DNA of 64,000 bases from contig CALXTN010000005.1 in NCBI GenBank assembly GCA_944391405.1, positions 1,515-65,514 on the forward strand. The letters are read 5' to 3'. The notes beneath the pieces were generated by a model. It saw only the letters and a program-made list of their open reading frames with translations. It was not told where the DNA came from and did no database searches. This document shows, one piece after another, positions 19,099-28,628 of this stretch (its first letter is position 1; every line of letters begins with the position of its first letter). The translations under genes were made by a program, and so were the position numbers. The DNA comes from an uncultured Alphaproteobacteria bacterium (GTDB lineage Bacteria > Pseudomonadota > Alphaproteobacteria > RF32 > CAG-239).

Positions 19099-19290
19099 GG
19101 TTAAGATGCATAGGGCTTATTTCTTGTGAAAATGCTTGGCGCAAGGTTGTTTTTTATTACCATAGTAGGATGAAATTAGTTGGTATGCCTTCAGGAGCTG
19201 GTTATTATCAGTATAGTTGTGTACAGGTTTAACAGTGTTGACAATGATACTTCTCTGTGGTAGCGTGCGCAAAAATGAAAGGAATTTGAA

Positions 19291-20349
19291 ATGGATGTTA
19301 TTTTAACAGGGGATCGCCCGACCGGTAAATTGCACTTGGGGCATTATGTTGGATCTTTAAAACGTCGCGTTGAATTGCAAAATAGCGGTAAATATCATAA
19401 TATCTATATTATGATTGCAGACGCTCAGGCTTTAACCGATAATGCAGATAATATCAATAAGGTCAGAAATAATATTTCTGAAGTGGCTTTGGATTATTTG
19501 GCTTGTGGTTTGGACCCGAAAAAGTCTACAATTTTTATTCAATCGCAAATTCCGGAATTGTGTGAGTTGTCTTTTTATTATATGAATTTGGTTACTGTTT
19601 CCAGATTGCAGAGAAATCCGACTGTTAAAAATGAAATTCAATTAAGAGGCTTTAAGCAGAGTATTCCGGTTGGCTTCTTTACTTATCCAATTAGTCAGGC
19701 GGCTGATATTACAGCTTTTAAAGCAAATATTGTACCAGTTGGTGAAGATCAGTTGCCGATGATTGAACAAACTCGTGAAATTGTTCGTTCGTTTAATACT
19801 CAATATAAGCCTGTTTTGATTGAACCGACTGCCGTATTACCAGAAAATTCTGTTTGCTCACGTTTGCCGGGGATTGATGGGGCTGCAAAGATGAGTAAAT
19901 CTATCGGAAATTGCATCTATCTTTCTGATTCTTCTAATGATATTAAGAAAAAAGTGCAGAGTATGTTTACCGATCCGATGCATCTTCGTGTGGAAGATCC
20001 AGGACATACGGAAAATAATCCTGTCTTTATTTATTTGGACGCTTTTTGTAAAGATGAATATTTCCAAGAATTTTTACCAGCTTATCAAAACTTGGATGAA
20101 ATGAAAGAGCATTATCGTCGCGGAGGTTTGGGCGATGGTGTGGTTAAAAAGTTCTTGAATGAGGTTTTACAAGCAGAATTGAAACCTATTCGTGAAAGAA
20201 GAGAGCTTTTGGCTCAAGATTTGCCACAGATTTTTGATATGCTTCACCAAGGAAGTATTAAAGCAAGAGAAGTTGCTGCACAAACTTTAAGTGAAGTTAA
20301 AACCGCGATGGGAATTAATTACTTTAAAGATAATTTTTTTGATAGATAA
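19291..20349 (+). CDS. trpS: Tryptophan--tRNA ligase
   Basis: Class I aaRS; the HIGH-like motif TGKLHLGH and KMSKS (KMSKS at [10 protein letters not shown]); 352 aa. Confidence 0.85.
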   Translation: MDVILTGDRPTGKLHLGHYVGSLKRRVELQNSGKYHNIYIMIADAQALTDNADNINKVRNNISEVALDYLACGLDPKKSTIFIQSQIPELCELSFYYMNLVTVSRLQRNPTVKNEIQLRGFKQSIPVGFFTYPISQAADITAFKANIVPVGEDQLPMIEQTREIVRSFNTQYKPVLIEPTAVLPENSVCSRLPGIDGAAKMSKSIGNCIYLSDSSNDIKKKVQSMFTDPMHLRVEDPGHTENNPVFIYLDAFCKDEYFQEFLPAYQNLDEMKEHYRRGGLGDGVVKKFLNEVLQAELKPIRERRELLAQDLPQIFDMLHQGSIKAREVAAQTLSEVKTAMGINYFKDNFFDR

Positions 20350-20377
20350 ATTCTTTGATTTTGTGGAGGAAAAGAAT

Positions 20378-21010
20378 ATGAATACAGTAATAAAGCAAGA
20401 ATTTACGCCATCTTTGGTTTTATATAATGGAACTAAAGAAATAAAGGTTTCATGTAGAGAGTGGGGAGAAACTGTTCAAGAAGATGGTGAAATCCAACAG
20501 ATGGGATATATGGGGCGGATGCAATTTCGAGAAGTTTGGAAATTGGCAGGTCATTTTCAGAGTAAATATTCTAAAAAAATTTGGGAAAGGGTTGGTGTTG
20601 ATGATAGTATGAGTGATGAAATTGCTTATATTTATGTTAGTAATTTGGGATATGTGGCCGTTTTTTCTAAAGAAGAGGGAGAAGTTATTTTCAAAAATAA
20701 AGAAGGAACTGCTCAAGTTGATTTATCTTCTGAAAATAAGCAAAAATTGAAGGATAGAATTATTATTCCTCAAAATAGGAAAACAGGGTGTTATGTTTGT
20801 TTAAATGTTCTTGCTGAGACACAAAATAGTGAGTGGGATATCCATCGGTTAGTTGCTGAAAATTTTCTTGTCAAACCTTCAGATGCGTGGGGGGTACATC
20901 ATATTGACAATAATTCTTATAATAATAGTGTTACGAATCTTGTATGGGTTACGTCTGAACAGCATATAGAACATCATAGAGAATTACATCCAATGTCTTA
21001 TTCTCGGTAA
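20378..21010 (+). CDS. Free-standing HNH endonuclease-domain protein (HNH_3-like)
   Basis: C-terminal WGVHHIDNNSYNNSVTNLVWVTSEQHIEHH fits the HNH_3 motif. The likely start is the ATG at 20378 with RBS GGAGGAAAAG; the ORF-track start at 20291 overlaps trpS. Confidence 0.55.
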   Translation: MNTVIKQEFTPSLVLYNGTKEIKVSCREWGETVQEDGEIQQMGYMGRMQFREVWKLAGHFQSKYSKKIWERVGVDDSMSDEIAYIYVSNLGYVAVFSKEEGEVIFKNKEGTAQVDLSSENKQKLKDRIIIPQNRKTGCYVCLNVLAETQNSEWDIHRLVAENFLVKPSDAWGVHHIDNNSYNNSVTNLVWVTSEQHIEHHRELHPMSYSR

Positions 21011-21017
21011 AGGGATT

Positions 21018-21347
21018 TTATAGCCTTTTCCATGTGCGGAGTTTGTTTTTCTCTTCTTTATCTCTAAAGGCTTGTTCTAGGTCTATATTGTGCATATTGG
21101 CTAAAGAGCATATGTAGATAAAAACGTCGGCGAGTTCTTCGGCAATGTTGCCTGCTGTTGATCCACTTCCGATAGAGCCTGTTTTGCTATTTTTTCGTAT
21201 GGCAGAAATTAGTTCTCCACATTCCTCTGCAAGTAAACAACATTCATAAAATTTATCGGTGGTATTGAAACCTCGTTCTTGTTTCATTTGCTGAACGTAG
21301 TTTTGAAAATCTTGTAAAGTTGGGTCTTCTTTTAATTCTAATGTCAT
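21018..21347 (-). CDS. MazG-like nucleotide pyrophosphohydrolase domain protein
   Basis: 109 aa; the EExGEL and EELADVFIY motifs of the all-alpha NTP-PPase (MazG) fold. Confidence 0.65.
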   Translation of the reverse strand: MTLELKEDPTLQDFQNYVQQMKQERGFNTTDKFYECCLLAEECGELISAIRKNSKTGSIGSGSTAGNIAEELADVFIYICSLANMHNIDLEQAFRDKEEKNKLRTWKRL

Positions 21348-21476
21348 GTTTTCCTCCTTATTAAATGATATTGTATCTTAAAAGATGTAAAATGCCATAT
21401 TTTTTTGCTTGTAAACTAGGTGGGGTGTATTATTATGCCTTTTATAAAGTGTAATTTTTTAGGATGATGTGAAATT

Positions 21477-21836
21477 ATGGCTGATACAGAGGATGTTGAG
21501 GTTCCTTTTTCTCCAATTTTGATTATGGAATTTATTCGTCAGACTACGGTGGCGAGATGTTTAGTTAATGAAACAACACAGTTAGTTGTTCGGTTTAAGT
21601 TGTCCAAGGCTTATTATGACGAAATTATGGGTTATTATCTTCACGCTCAGCTTATTCGTTTGTATCTTAATTATAATGAGGCTGCAGAAATTCTTTCTGT
21701 TAAAACAGATGATGTTCTGATTAATCGTTTTAAGGAACAAAAATCTTTGGTTGAAATTGCTGGTAAATATGAAAATAAATTTGCAGAAAGATATAAAAAA
21801 TTTATAGAAGTTTTGGGTGAGGATAAAATCGCATGA
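21477..21836 (+). CDS. Hypothetical protein translationally coupled to the downstream deacylase
   Basis: 119-aa ORF whose stop overlaps the next start (ATGA). Confidence 0.35.
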   Translation: MADTEDVEVPFSPILIMEFIRQTTVARCLVNETTQLVVRFKLSKAYYDEIMGYYLHAQLIRLYLNYNEAAEILSVKTDDVLINRFKEQKSLVEIAGKYENKFAERYKKFIEVLGEDKIA

Positions 21837-22684
21837 TTACAAAATACGAATTTGATTCTGGGGTGTCAGGGCTTAATTTGTTGATATTGGCTGCTGTGCA
21901 CGGAAACGAAACAGCCGGAACAAATGCTTGTCATAAATTAATTGAAAAATTAAATAGAGGTATGATTAAATTAGCAAAAGGTAAATTGACACTGGTTCCA
22001 ATTTGTAATCCTGAGGCATATCGCAGAGATGTGCGTAGTATTGATGAAAATTTGAATCGGGTTATGCTTATGCACGATAATCCTCAAACATATGAACAAA
22101 AATTAGCTAATGAGATTTGTCCACTTATTCAAAGTCATCGTGTTACTTTGGATTTACACTCTACACATTGTGTTGGAGATGTTCCATTTGCTTTTTGCGA
22201 TTATCCTGATGAATATAATCGGAAATTGATAGATGCGTTAGATGTTGATTTTGTATTGGAAGGGTGGCCGGATATTTATAGTAAACAAGATGCAATTCAA
22301 GATTTTTCTACGGAACACTGTGCTCATGTTTATGGTAATACGGCAACGACGCTTGAATGTGGATATCATAAAGCTCCAGAAGCGGTTGAATTAGCTTATC
22401 AGGCGATTATTAATACTTTAGCGACGTTTGAGATGATTGATATGCCTCATCCGTCTGTTTATCCTAAAAAGCATATTCAGATGGATAGTTATATTCTAAA
22501 AGTAAAAGAGGGACAACTTTGCCGTGATTATAAACACCTTGATCCTGTATCTGAGGGAGAAGAAATTGCTCGTTATGATGATGGCGAAAGTTTGTATGCT
22601 CCTTATGGTGGATATATTCTTTTACCGAACCTTCAGGCAGCGGTTAATACTGAATGGTATTATTTGGGAAGAGCAAAAAAATAG
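21833..22684 (+). CDS. Succinylglutamate desuccinylase/aspartoacylase (AstE/AspA) family zinc deacylase
   Basis: The HGNE motif (AAVHGNETAG), a downstream His, and a 283-aa length typical of the family. Confidence 0.65.
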   Translation: MITKYEFDSGVSGLNLLILAAVHGNETAGTNACHKLIEKLNRGMIKLAKGKLTLVPICNPEAYRRDVRSIDENLNRVMLMHDNPQTYEQKLANEICPLIQSHRVTLDLHSTHCVGDVPFAFCDYPDEYNRKLIDALDVDFVLEGWPDIYSKQDAIQDFSTEHCAHVYGNTATTLECGYHKAPEAVELAYQAIINTLATFEMIDMPHPSVYPKKHIQMDSYILKVKEGQLCRDYKHLDPVSEGEEIARYDDGESLYAPYGGYILLPNLQAAVNTEWYYLGRAKK

Positions 22685-22756
22685 CTTTTTTTATGGGGAT
22701 TGATTTTTTAGTTGCTATTTTTCTACTTGATAAAGGTAGAGCATTTTTGAGTGAAG

Positions 22757-22783
22757 TTTAAAGGCAGGTATACCTGCCTTTAT
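22757..22783. terminator. Bidirectional terminator between convergent genes
   Basis: Perfect palindrome GGCAGGTATACCTGCC (22763..22778) flanked by A/T runs. Confidence 0.5.
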
Positions 22784-22815
22784 GAGTTGATTTTAGAATT
22801 GTTGGGGACATCTAT

Positions 22816-23166
22816 CTAATCTACTTCTATGATGAAACCTCCTACTGGTGGATTAGAATACATATCTTGAGGCAGCATTTGTTGAGAATTTTGAGAAGGA
22901 TCTATATTTGTTGGAGTTGGTTGTACTTGATGCATGCCTCGATGTATTTTTTGCTTTTTTATTTTATTATGGTGCTTTTGAGGTGATATTGCGTGATAGT
23001 AATTTCCTGGATAATAACACGGACGACAGTTTCCAACCATTATTCCTGCAATAAAGGCTAGCAATAAAATTACAACAATCATAAATGTTTTTTTGCAATG
23101 ACAGCATTCACAACAGCAGGTGTGAGAATATTCTTTGTTCTCTGTTTTTTCTTTGTTTTCAGACAT
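22816..23166 (-). CDS. Small Cys-rich membrane protein (HTCCCECCHC cluster)
   Basis: 116 aa: an N-terminal Cys cluster, one TM helix, then NCRPCYYPGNYYH and a Gln/Pro-rich tail. Confidence 0.4.
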   Translation of the reverse strand: MSENKEKTENKEYSHTCCCECCHCKKTFMIVVILLLAFIAGIMVGNCRPCYYPGNYYHAISPQKHHNKIKKQKIHRGMHQVQPTPTNIDPSQNSQQMLPQDMYSNPPVGGFIIEVD

Positions 23167-23326
23167 AGTGTTTCCTTTCGTTTGGGTTAATATTGATGAA
23201 CTCTTTTCTTTTTATTTTTGTTTTGATATAATCATTTTTAGATTGATTTCTATAGAGCTTGCATTCATATTGCAAAAGTTGATATATATATTTAGTCTAT
23301 GCAAATGTTTTGTAAATGGAGAGACT

Positions 23327-24004
23327 ATGTCAAAATGGTTTGATTTTATTTTGGGATTGCTAAAGTGGCCTGTGGCGCTCTTTATGTTTGTGTCGTTACC
23401 TGCATTGTTGCGTGCTGTGGATGATTTGCAATTTGGAAATTTACGCTTTTTTGCTTTTTTAGGAGGTGCTTTTTTATATTTGGCTCTTAAAATTGTTGCG
23501 TCTGCAAGGTCTAATGTTTCGATGCAAATTTTAGCACATGAATTAACGCATACTTTTTTTGCTTTGCTGACTTTTCATAAAGTGGTGCATATTCATTTAA
23601 ATATGGATGAATCTGGCGGTGCAATGGGATTTAAGGGAAAAGGAAATTGGCTTATTACTATCTCTCCATATTTCTTTCCGTTGTTTTTGTTTTTTATGAT
23701 GTTGGGAATTACTTTCTTTTCTGAAAAAATTCCTGATGGTTATATGATTAACGGCATTTTAGGGTATTTTTTTGCATACCATCTTGAAAGTATTTTAGTA
23801 CAGATACATGGGGAACAACCGGATTTTCATGAAGTGGGATTTCCATTTTGTTGGTTGTTTTTACCCGGGGCAAATCTTTTTATGTGTTCGATAATTCTCG
23901 CTTTTAATAATGGAGGATGGCTAAATGTTCAAAGATACTGTTGGACCGTTTATAAGCTGAGCTCTCAATATATTGCAGAATGTTTAGCTTATTTTACCAT
24001 GTAA
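23327..24004 (+). CDS. Polytopic membrane protein with an HExxH zinc-metallopeptidase motif (DUF3267/M50-like)
   Basis: Likely start MSKWFDFILG with RBS GGAGAG. The HExxH motif HELTH lies within a TM segment. The ORF-track start at 23135 is an upstream extension. Confidence 0.4.
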   Translation: MSKWFDFILGLLKWPVALFMFVSLPALLRAVDDLQFGNLRFFAFLGGAFLYLALKIVASARSNVSMQILAHELTHTFFALLTFHKVVHIHLNMDESGGAMGFKGKGNWLITISPYFFPLFLFFMMLGITFFSEKIPDGYMINGILGYFFAYHLESILVQIHGEQPDFHEVGFPFCWLFLPGANLFMCSIILAFNNGGWLNVQRYCWTVYKLSSQYIAECLAYFTM

Positions 24005-24884
24005 GAATACATTCTTGTGAGGTTGCTTTTAGTCTTACTGGCAATCCTAGTGGTATGATATGACTGTTTTGTATGTGTCCATAATTAAAGTTTTTTATCA
24101 CTGGTATTTTAAGCTCTTTTACAAAATCGTTTATACAGTCATCTATGGTTCCGTCAAAATCATCAACAAGCGGACAATTTGTGAATTGACCTAACACGAT
24201 ACCTTTTAATTTATCAAAATTTTTTAGCAATTTGATTTGGCTGAACATCAAATCAATATTAAAAGTTTTTTCGCCTTTATCTTCTAAGAGAAGTATCTTA
24301 TCTTTAAAATCTGGGAGGAATTTTGTTCCAGCTAAAAATAAAAAGGAACTTAGACATCCGCCGATAATTTTTCCTTCTGCTTCGCCTTGAATGACGGTTT
24401 CTCCGGATTGCAAATGATGAGCGTCTGCAAACAAAATGGTTTCAAGATGTTGCGCCATTTCTTCGTTTATGCCCTCTTGATTTATATTGTAGAGTGGTAG
24501 AAAGCCTGTATAGCATGTATTATTTGTTTGGGATAATATAGCATTTTGAACGCTACTGACATCGCTTAAACCAAAAAGTGGTTTCGGGTTATTCTTTACA
24601 CTGTTATAATCTAATAATGAGAGCATGCGAAGAGAGCCACCAGCGCCACGGATGGTGAAAATTGCTTTAATGTCTTGGTCTTTATACATATCTGTAAGAG
24701 CTTGAGCACGTTCTTCGTCTGTACCGGCCATATAGCGATATGCTTTGTTTAGATTGGGGGCTAATTTTACTTTTAGTTTTAATACTTTTTCAAAGTAATT
24801 TATGGCAGATTCCGGATTGCGCCCTTCTAGTCCTGATGAAGTGGCGGCAAAACCTATGGTGTCTCCTTTTTGCAATAGGCTCAT
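23994..24884 (-). CDS. ldcA: LD-carboxypeptidase (peptidase S66, LdcA/MccF family)
   Basis: 296 aa; the S66 fold motifs (GDTIGFAATSSG; the catalytic Ser region GLSDVSS); translationally coupled to the upstream Mur ligase. Confidence 0.7.
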   Translation of the reverse strand: MSLLQKGDTIGFAATSSGLEGRNPESAINYFEKVLKLKVKLAPNLNKAYRYMAGTDEERAQALTDMYKDQDIKAIFTIRGAGGSLRMLSLLDYNSVKNNPKPLFGLSDVSSVQNAILSQTNNTCYTGFLPLYNINQEGINEEMAQHLETILFADAHHLQSGETVIQGEAEGKIIGGCLSSFLFLAGTKFLPDFKDKILLLEDKGEKTFNIDLMFSQIKLLKNFDKLKGIVLGQFTNCPLVDDFDGTIDDCINDFVKELKIPVIKNFNYGHIQNSHIIPLGLPVRLKATSQECILTW

Positions 24885-26248
24885 TATAGCTTCTCCAAAA
24901 GTTCATAGCCCATTGTGGTAATGGAGTTATCTCTGGCTCCCATTAAGATAATTCTATCGTCGGGCTGAGCAATTTTTAGAATATGTTCTTTTAATTCATC
25001 TCTGGTAGCGAAAAATGCTGCATTTACTCCTTGTGATTTAGCGTGTTCTACTAAATCGTTTGAAGATATATCGCGTTTTACGGTACCACCGGCAAAGAAA
25101 ATTTCCGGTATTAATAGTATATCTTCTTTATCCATATGTTTGGCAAAGCTATCCATAATTTCTTTTCCCATTAATCGCATAGGAGAAAAACCATGAGGCT
25201 GGAACATAACAATTAAACGTCCTTGATAACTTTTGAGTGCAGACATTGAAGCATTGACTTTGTCTGGATTATGCGCAAAATCGTCAATAACAGTGATTTG
25301 ATGAGTTTGTCCAAGAACTTCTAAGCGACGTTTGGTGCCTAAAAATGTTTGTAGGATTTTACAAGACGTCTTTCCGTCGATTCCAAGCAGAGAGCAACAT
25401 GCTGCTGCGCACATTGCATTGGCAATGTTAAAGGCTCCAATAAGGTTTAATTTGTATGTTTGATTATTGTAAGTATAAGTTGTTCCGTTTGCAATTGGAG
25501 TTATGTTTGAGGCATAGAAATCGGCAGAGGAATCTTTTATGCTGAAGGTTAAAACTTTAGGATTTGCGTTAATGAGTATTTGGCTGTGGATACAGTCTTT
25601 GTTGATAACGGCTCCTAATTCGGCTTTTGTGGCAAAATTTTTGAAGATAGCTTGTAATTCATCGATAGATTTGTGGTCTAGGGTTATGTTATTGATAACA
25701 GATACGCTTGGAGTATATTTTTCTATAGAACCATCGCTTTCGTCTGCTTCAATTACGCAGTAATCGCCATTGTTTAAGATAACATTTGGGATGCCTTTTT
25801 GATTTTCATAGTTCTTCAAGAGGGCACCATTTATAACTAATGGTTTTAGTCCGGCTTTATCTAAGATGTAACCAATCATGGCGGTTACTGTTGATTTTCC
25901 GCTCGTTCCGCCAACGGCGATACGTTTATTGTATGATGCAAAAATTTCTGCTAACAAATCGGAGCGATGTTTTATAGGAATATTTAATTCGTGTGCTTTT
26001 TTTATATCTGGAATCGTGTCTTCTACGGCGGTTGATGCGTATAATACGGAAAAATCTTTATCTAGCATAGAACCATCTTGAGGATATATTTTTATACCAA
26101 GTTCTTCTAGTGCAGCTTTGTTTTTTTGATCTTTGCCTTGGTCAAAACTACGGTCTGAACCATATACGTCGTTTCCTTGATATTTTGAGATTTGAGCTAA
26201 AGCACTCATGCCACTGCCGGAGATTGCACAAAATCCTATTTTTGCCAT
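24884..26248 (-). CDS. mpl: Mur ligase family protein, likely Mpl (UDP-N-acetylmuramate:L-alanyl-gamma-D-glutamyl-meso-DAP ligase)
   Basis: N-terminal MurC/Mpl-type Rossmann fold (IGFCAISGSGMSALAQ..GSD); P-loop GGTSGKST; 454 aa. The stop overlaps the ldcA start, and the gene is outside any dcw cluster. Confidence 0.65.
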   Translation of the reverse strand: MAKIGFCAISGSGMSALAQISKYQGNDVYGSDRSFDQGKDQKNKAALEELGIKIYPQDGSMLDKDFSVLYASTAVEDTIPDIKKAHELNIPIKHRSDLLAEIFASYNKRIAVGGTSGKSTVTAMIGYILDKAGLKPLVINGALLKNYENQKGIPNVILNNGDYCVIEADESDGSIEKYTPSVSVINNITLDHKSIDELQAIFKNFATKAELGAVINKDCIHSQILINANPKVLTFSIKDSSADFYASNITPIANGTTYTYNNQTYKLNLIGAFNIANAMCAAACCSLLGIDGKTSCKILQTFLGTKRRLEVLGQTHQITVIDDFAHNPDKVNASMSALKSYQGRLIVMFQPHGFSPMRLMGKEIMDSFAKHMDKEDILLIPEIFFAGGTVKRDISSNDLVEHAKSQGVNAAFFATRDELKEHILKIAQPDDRIILMGARDNSITTMGYELLEKL

Positions 26249-26389
26249 TTTCGTTTCCTTTGTATTGTTGTTTTTGTGTTGGATATTTTAATTCTTAAAG
26301 GTTAACTTTTTTATAAAAAAATACTTGAACAGTGTTATAAAATATTTTATTCTTGGTTTAAATAAACAGAATTCATCCGGATAGAGAAT

Positions 26390-26986
26390 ATGACTAAAAC
26401 AAAAGAAGAAATTAGAGCTGATTTAATCTTGAAAGCCAGAGAGCTTTTGGTAGACAAAGGATTTGAATTCTTAACGGCCAGAAAGTTAGCCGATTATTCG
26501 GGGTATTCGGTTGGAACGATTTATAATCAGTTTAAGAGTATGGATAATCTTTTTTTAGAAGAGAATGTCCAAACATTAGATGAATTATATCAGGTTTTGA
26601 TTTCTGCTGAAATGGGATCAGACGTTTATCTTAATCTTAATAAGTTGTTAGATAAGTTTGTGCAATTTGTTTTAGAAAATAAAAATCTTTGGTTTACACT
26701 TTATAATACTCATTTTCAAAACACAGCTGATGGATATGAAATTTTTTACTTAAAGCGGATTGTTAAAATTGTACAGTTGTTGGAAAGAAATTTAAAAAAA
26801 TTGTTTTTTAATGTTTCTTGTAAAGAAAGAGAAGTTTCTTCGCAAGTTCTTTTTATTACATTATTTGCTTTAAGTTCACTGCTAACATCTGAAAAAGAGT
26901 TTGTTTCTTTAGAGAAAAAATATGTGGTTCGTATTTTGTTTAATACGTATTTAGCCGGAATGTCTTATTTAGCTGTTAAAAAGTAA
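26390..26986 (+). CDS. TetR-family transcriptional regulator
   Basis: HTH TARKLADYSGYSVGTIYNQF; 198 aa; divergent from mpl-ldcA. Confidence 0.7.
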   Translation: MTKTKEEIRADLILKARELLVDKGFEFLTARKLADYSGYSVGTIYNQFKSMDNLFLEENVQTLDELYQVLISAEMGSDVYLNLNKLLDKFVQFVLENKNLWFTLYNTHFQNTADGYEIFYLKRIVKIVQLLERNLKKLFFNVSCKEREVSSQVLFITLFALSSLLTSEKEFVSLEKKYVVRILFNTYLAGMSYLAVKK

Positions 26987-26987
26987 A

Positions 26988-28331
26988 TTAATTGCTGTCA
27001 TTTTCTAGATTTGTAACAATTTCCTTAGTGATTTCTTTACCATCTCCTAGGAGCATTAGGGTTTTTTCATCATAAAATAAAGGATTATCCAAGCCTGCAT
27101 ATCCAGGAGCGAGAGAACGTTTTACAAATAAAATCCGTTTTGCTTGTTCTACTTCCAAAATTGGCATCTGATATATAGTGCTGTCTTTTTGAGTTTTTGC
27201 TAAGGGATTTGTTGTATCGTTGGCTCCAATGATATATGCAATATCGGTGGTTTTGAATTCTGAGTTTATCTCGTTTATACTATAAATTAGTTCAGAAGGG
27301 ATATCTGCCTCTGCTAGTAATACATTCATGTGGCCAGGCATTCTACCAGCAACAGGATGAATACCAAATTTAACATCAACTTTATATTTTTGTATCAATA
27401 ATTTGGCCATGTTTGCAAGTTCGTATTGTGCACCAGATGCGGCCATGCCAAATCCTGGGACAATAATTACTTTATGCGCATTTTCCATTAAGAATGCTGC
27501 ATCTTGAGCTGTTCCTGTATGAATATCTTGTTTATTGTGTAAATAGGATATTTCGTTATGTTTATTTATAGAAGAAAAAATAACTTTTAATAAATGACGA
27601 TTCATTGCTTTTGTCATTATATAAGTTAAAATACAACCACTCGCACCAATTAAAGTTCCGATAATAATTAATAAACTATTTTGTATACTAAATCCAACGA
27701 GTGTTGTACACCATCCCGATAATCCATTGAGAATAGAAATAATAATAGGCATGTCTGCTCCACCTATGGGTAAAATAAAACAGAACCCCAATAAGGAAGA
27801 TAAAATGGCGAAACCAATAATATATTCGATATCTCCATTGTAAGCATAAAAAACACCAATAATATTTAAGATTAACAAAATAGTACTAGTTGAACGAAGT
27901 GTTTCATAATCATTTATTTTAAGTATGCCGGATAATTTAAAAAAGCCGGCTACAGAACCGCTGAATGTTATACAACCTGTGAAAATAATAAAGAGCTGTA
28001 AAATATTTGGTTGAAGTTCGGTTATTGTTTCACTTATTCCAATTAAACCAGAGGCGAGACCTCCGAAACCGTTTAATAAAGCAACCATTTGTGGTAATTG
28101 TGACATAGATGTTTTTTGTGATCCAATTATTCCTAACACACCTCCTAATAATATACTCATGGTTGCATAAATTTGATATTCACTTTTTAAGTTTATTAGT
28201 CCTAAAATTAATGCAATTCCCATTCCGACTATAGCAAAAATATTCCCTTTATAGGCACTACGTGTTGCAGACATACGACTTATAGATAAAATAAATAAGC
28301 TATATATTAAAATGTTTATAAAACTAATCAT
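26988..28331 (-). CDS. pntB: NAD(P) transhydrogenase beta subunit
   Basis: Membrane domain plus C-terminal dIII (GFGMAASGAQY...PVAGRMPGHMNVLLAEA). Confidence 0.85.
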   Translation of the reverse strand: MISFINILIYSLFILSISRMSATRSAYKGNIFAIVGMGIALILGLINLKSEYQIYATMSILLGGVLGIIGSQKTSMSQLPQMVALLNGFGGLASGLIGISETITELQPNILQLFIIFTGCITFSGSVAGFFKLSGILKINDYETLRSTSTILLILNIIGVFYAYNGDIEYIIGFAILSSLLGFCFILPIGGADMPIIISILNGLSGWCTTLVGFSIQNSLLIIIGTLIGASGCILTYIMTKAMNRHLLKVIFSSINKHNEISYLHNKQDIHTGTAQDAAFLMENAHKVIIVPGFGMAASGAQYELANMAKLLIQKYKVDVKFGIHPVAGRMPGHMNVLLAEADIPSELIYSINEINSEFKTTDIAYIIGANDTTNPLAKTQKDSTIYQMPILEVEQAKRILFVKRSLAPGYAGLDNPLFYDEKTLMLLGDGKEITKEIVTNLENDSN

Positions 28332-28611
28332 TTGTCTTATCCTTATTTTTAAACATTTTTAGCATTTTTGCTGATACGTGGAAACCGCCGAATATATTGA
28401 TAGAGGAGAAAAATATAGAAATTAATAATAAAATGGTTGTAACAATATTATTTGAGAAATTTATACTTTGTAGTGCGCCTAGAATTACAATGCCCGATAT
28501 GGCGTTGGTTACGCTCATTAGCGGAGAATGAAGCATTGGGGTAACATTCCAAATAGCAAAATAACCAATAAAACAGGATAGAATTAATATGTCTATTAAA
28601 TAAAATTCCAT
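28324..28611 (-). CDS. pntAB: NAD(P) transhydrogenase alpha subunit part 2 (membrane portion, PntAB)
   Basis: 95-aa protein with three TM helices between pntAA and pntB; the split-alpha arrangement is typical of alphaproteobacteria. Confidence 0.75.
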   Translation of the reverse strand: MEFYLIDILILSCFIGYFAIWNVTPMLHSPLMSVTNAISGIVILGALQSINFSNNIVTTILLLISIFFSSINIFGGFHVSAKMLKMFKNKDKTND

Positions 28612-28628
28612 TTTTCCTCCTTGTCGTA

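Noticed and set aside
20291-20377. ORF-track start of the HNH gene, which overlaps the 3' end of trpS by 59 nt
   Set aside because: An ATG at 20378 with RBS GGAGGAAAAG sits just after the trpS stop. The upstream extension translates a low-complexity peptide and is unlikely to be real.
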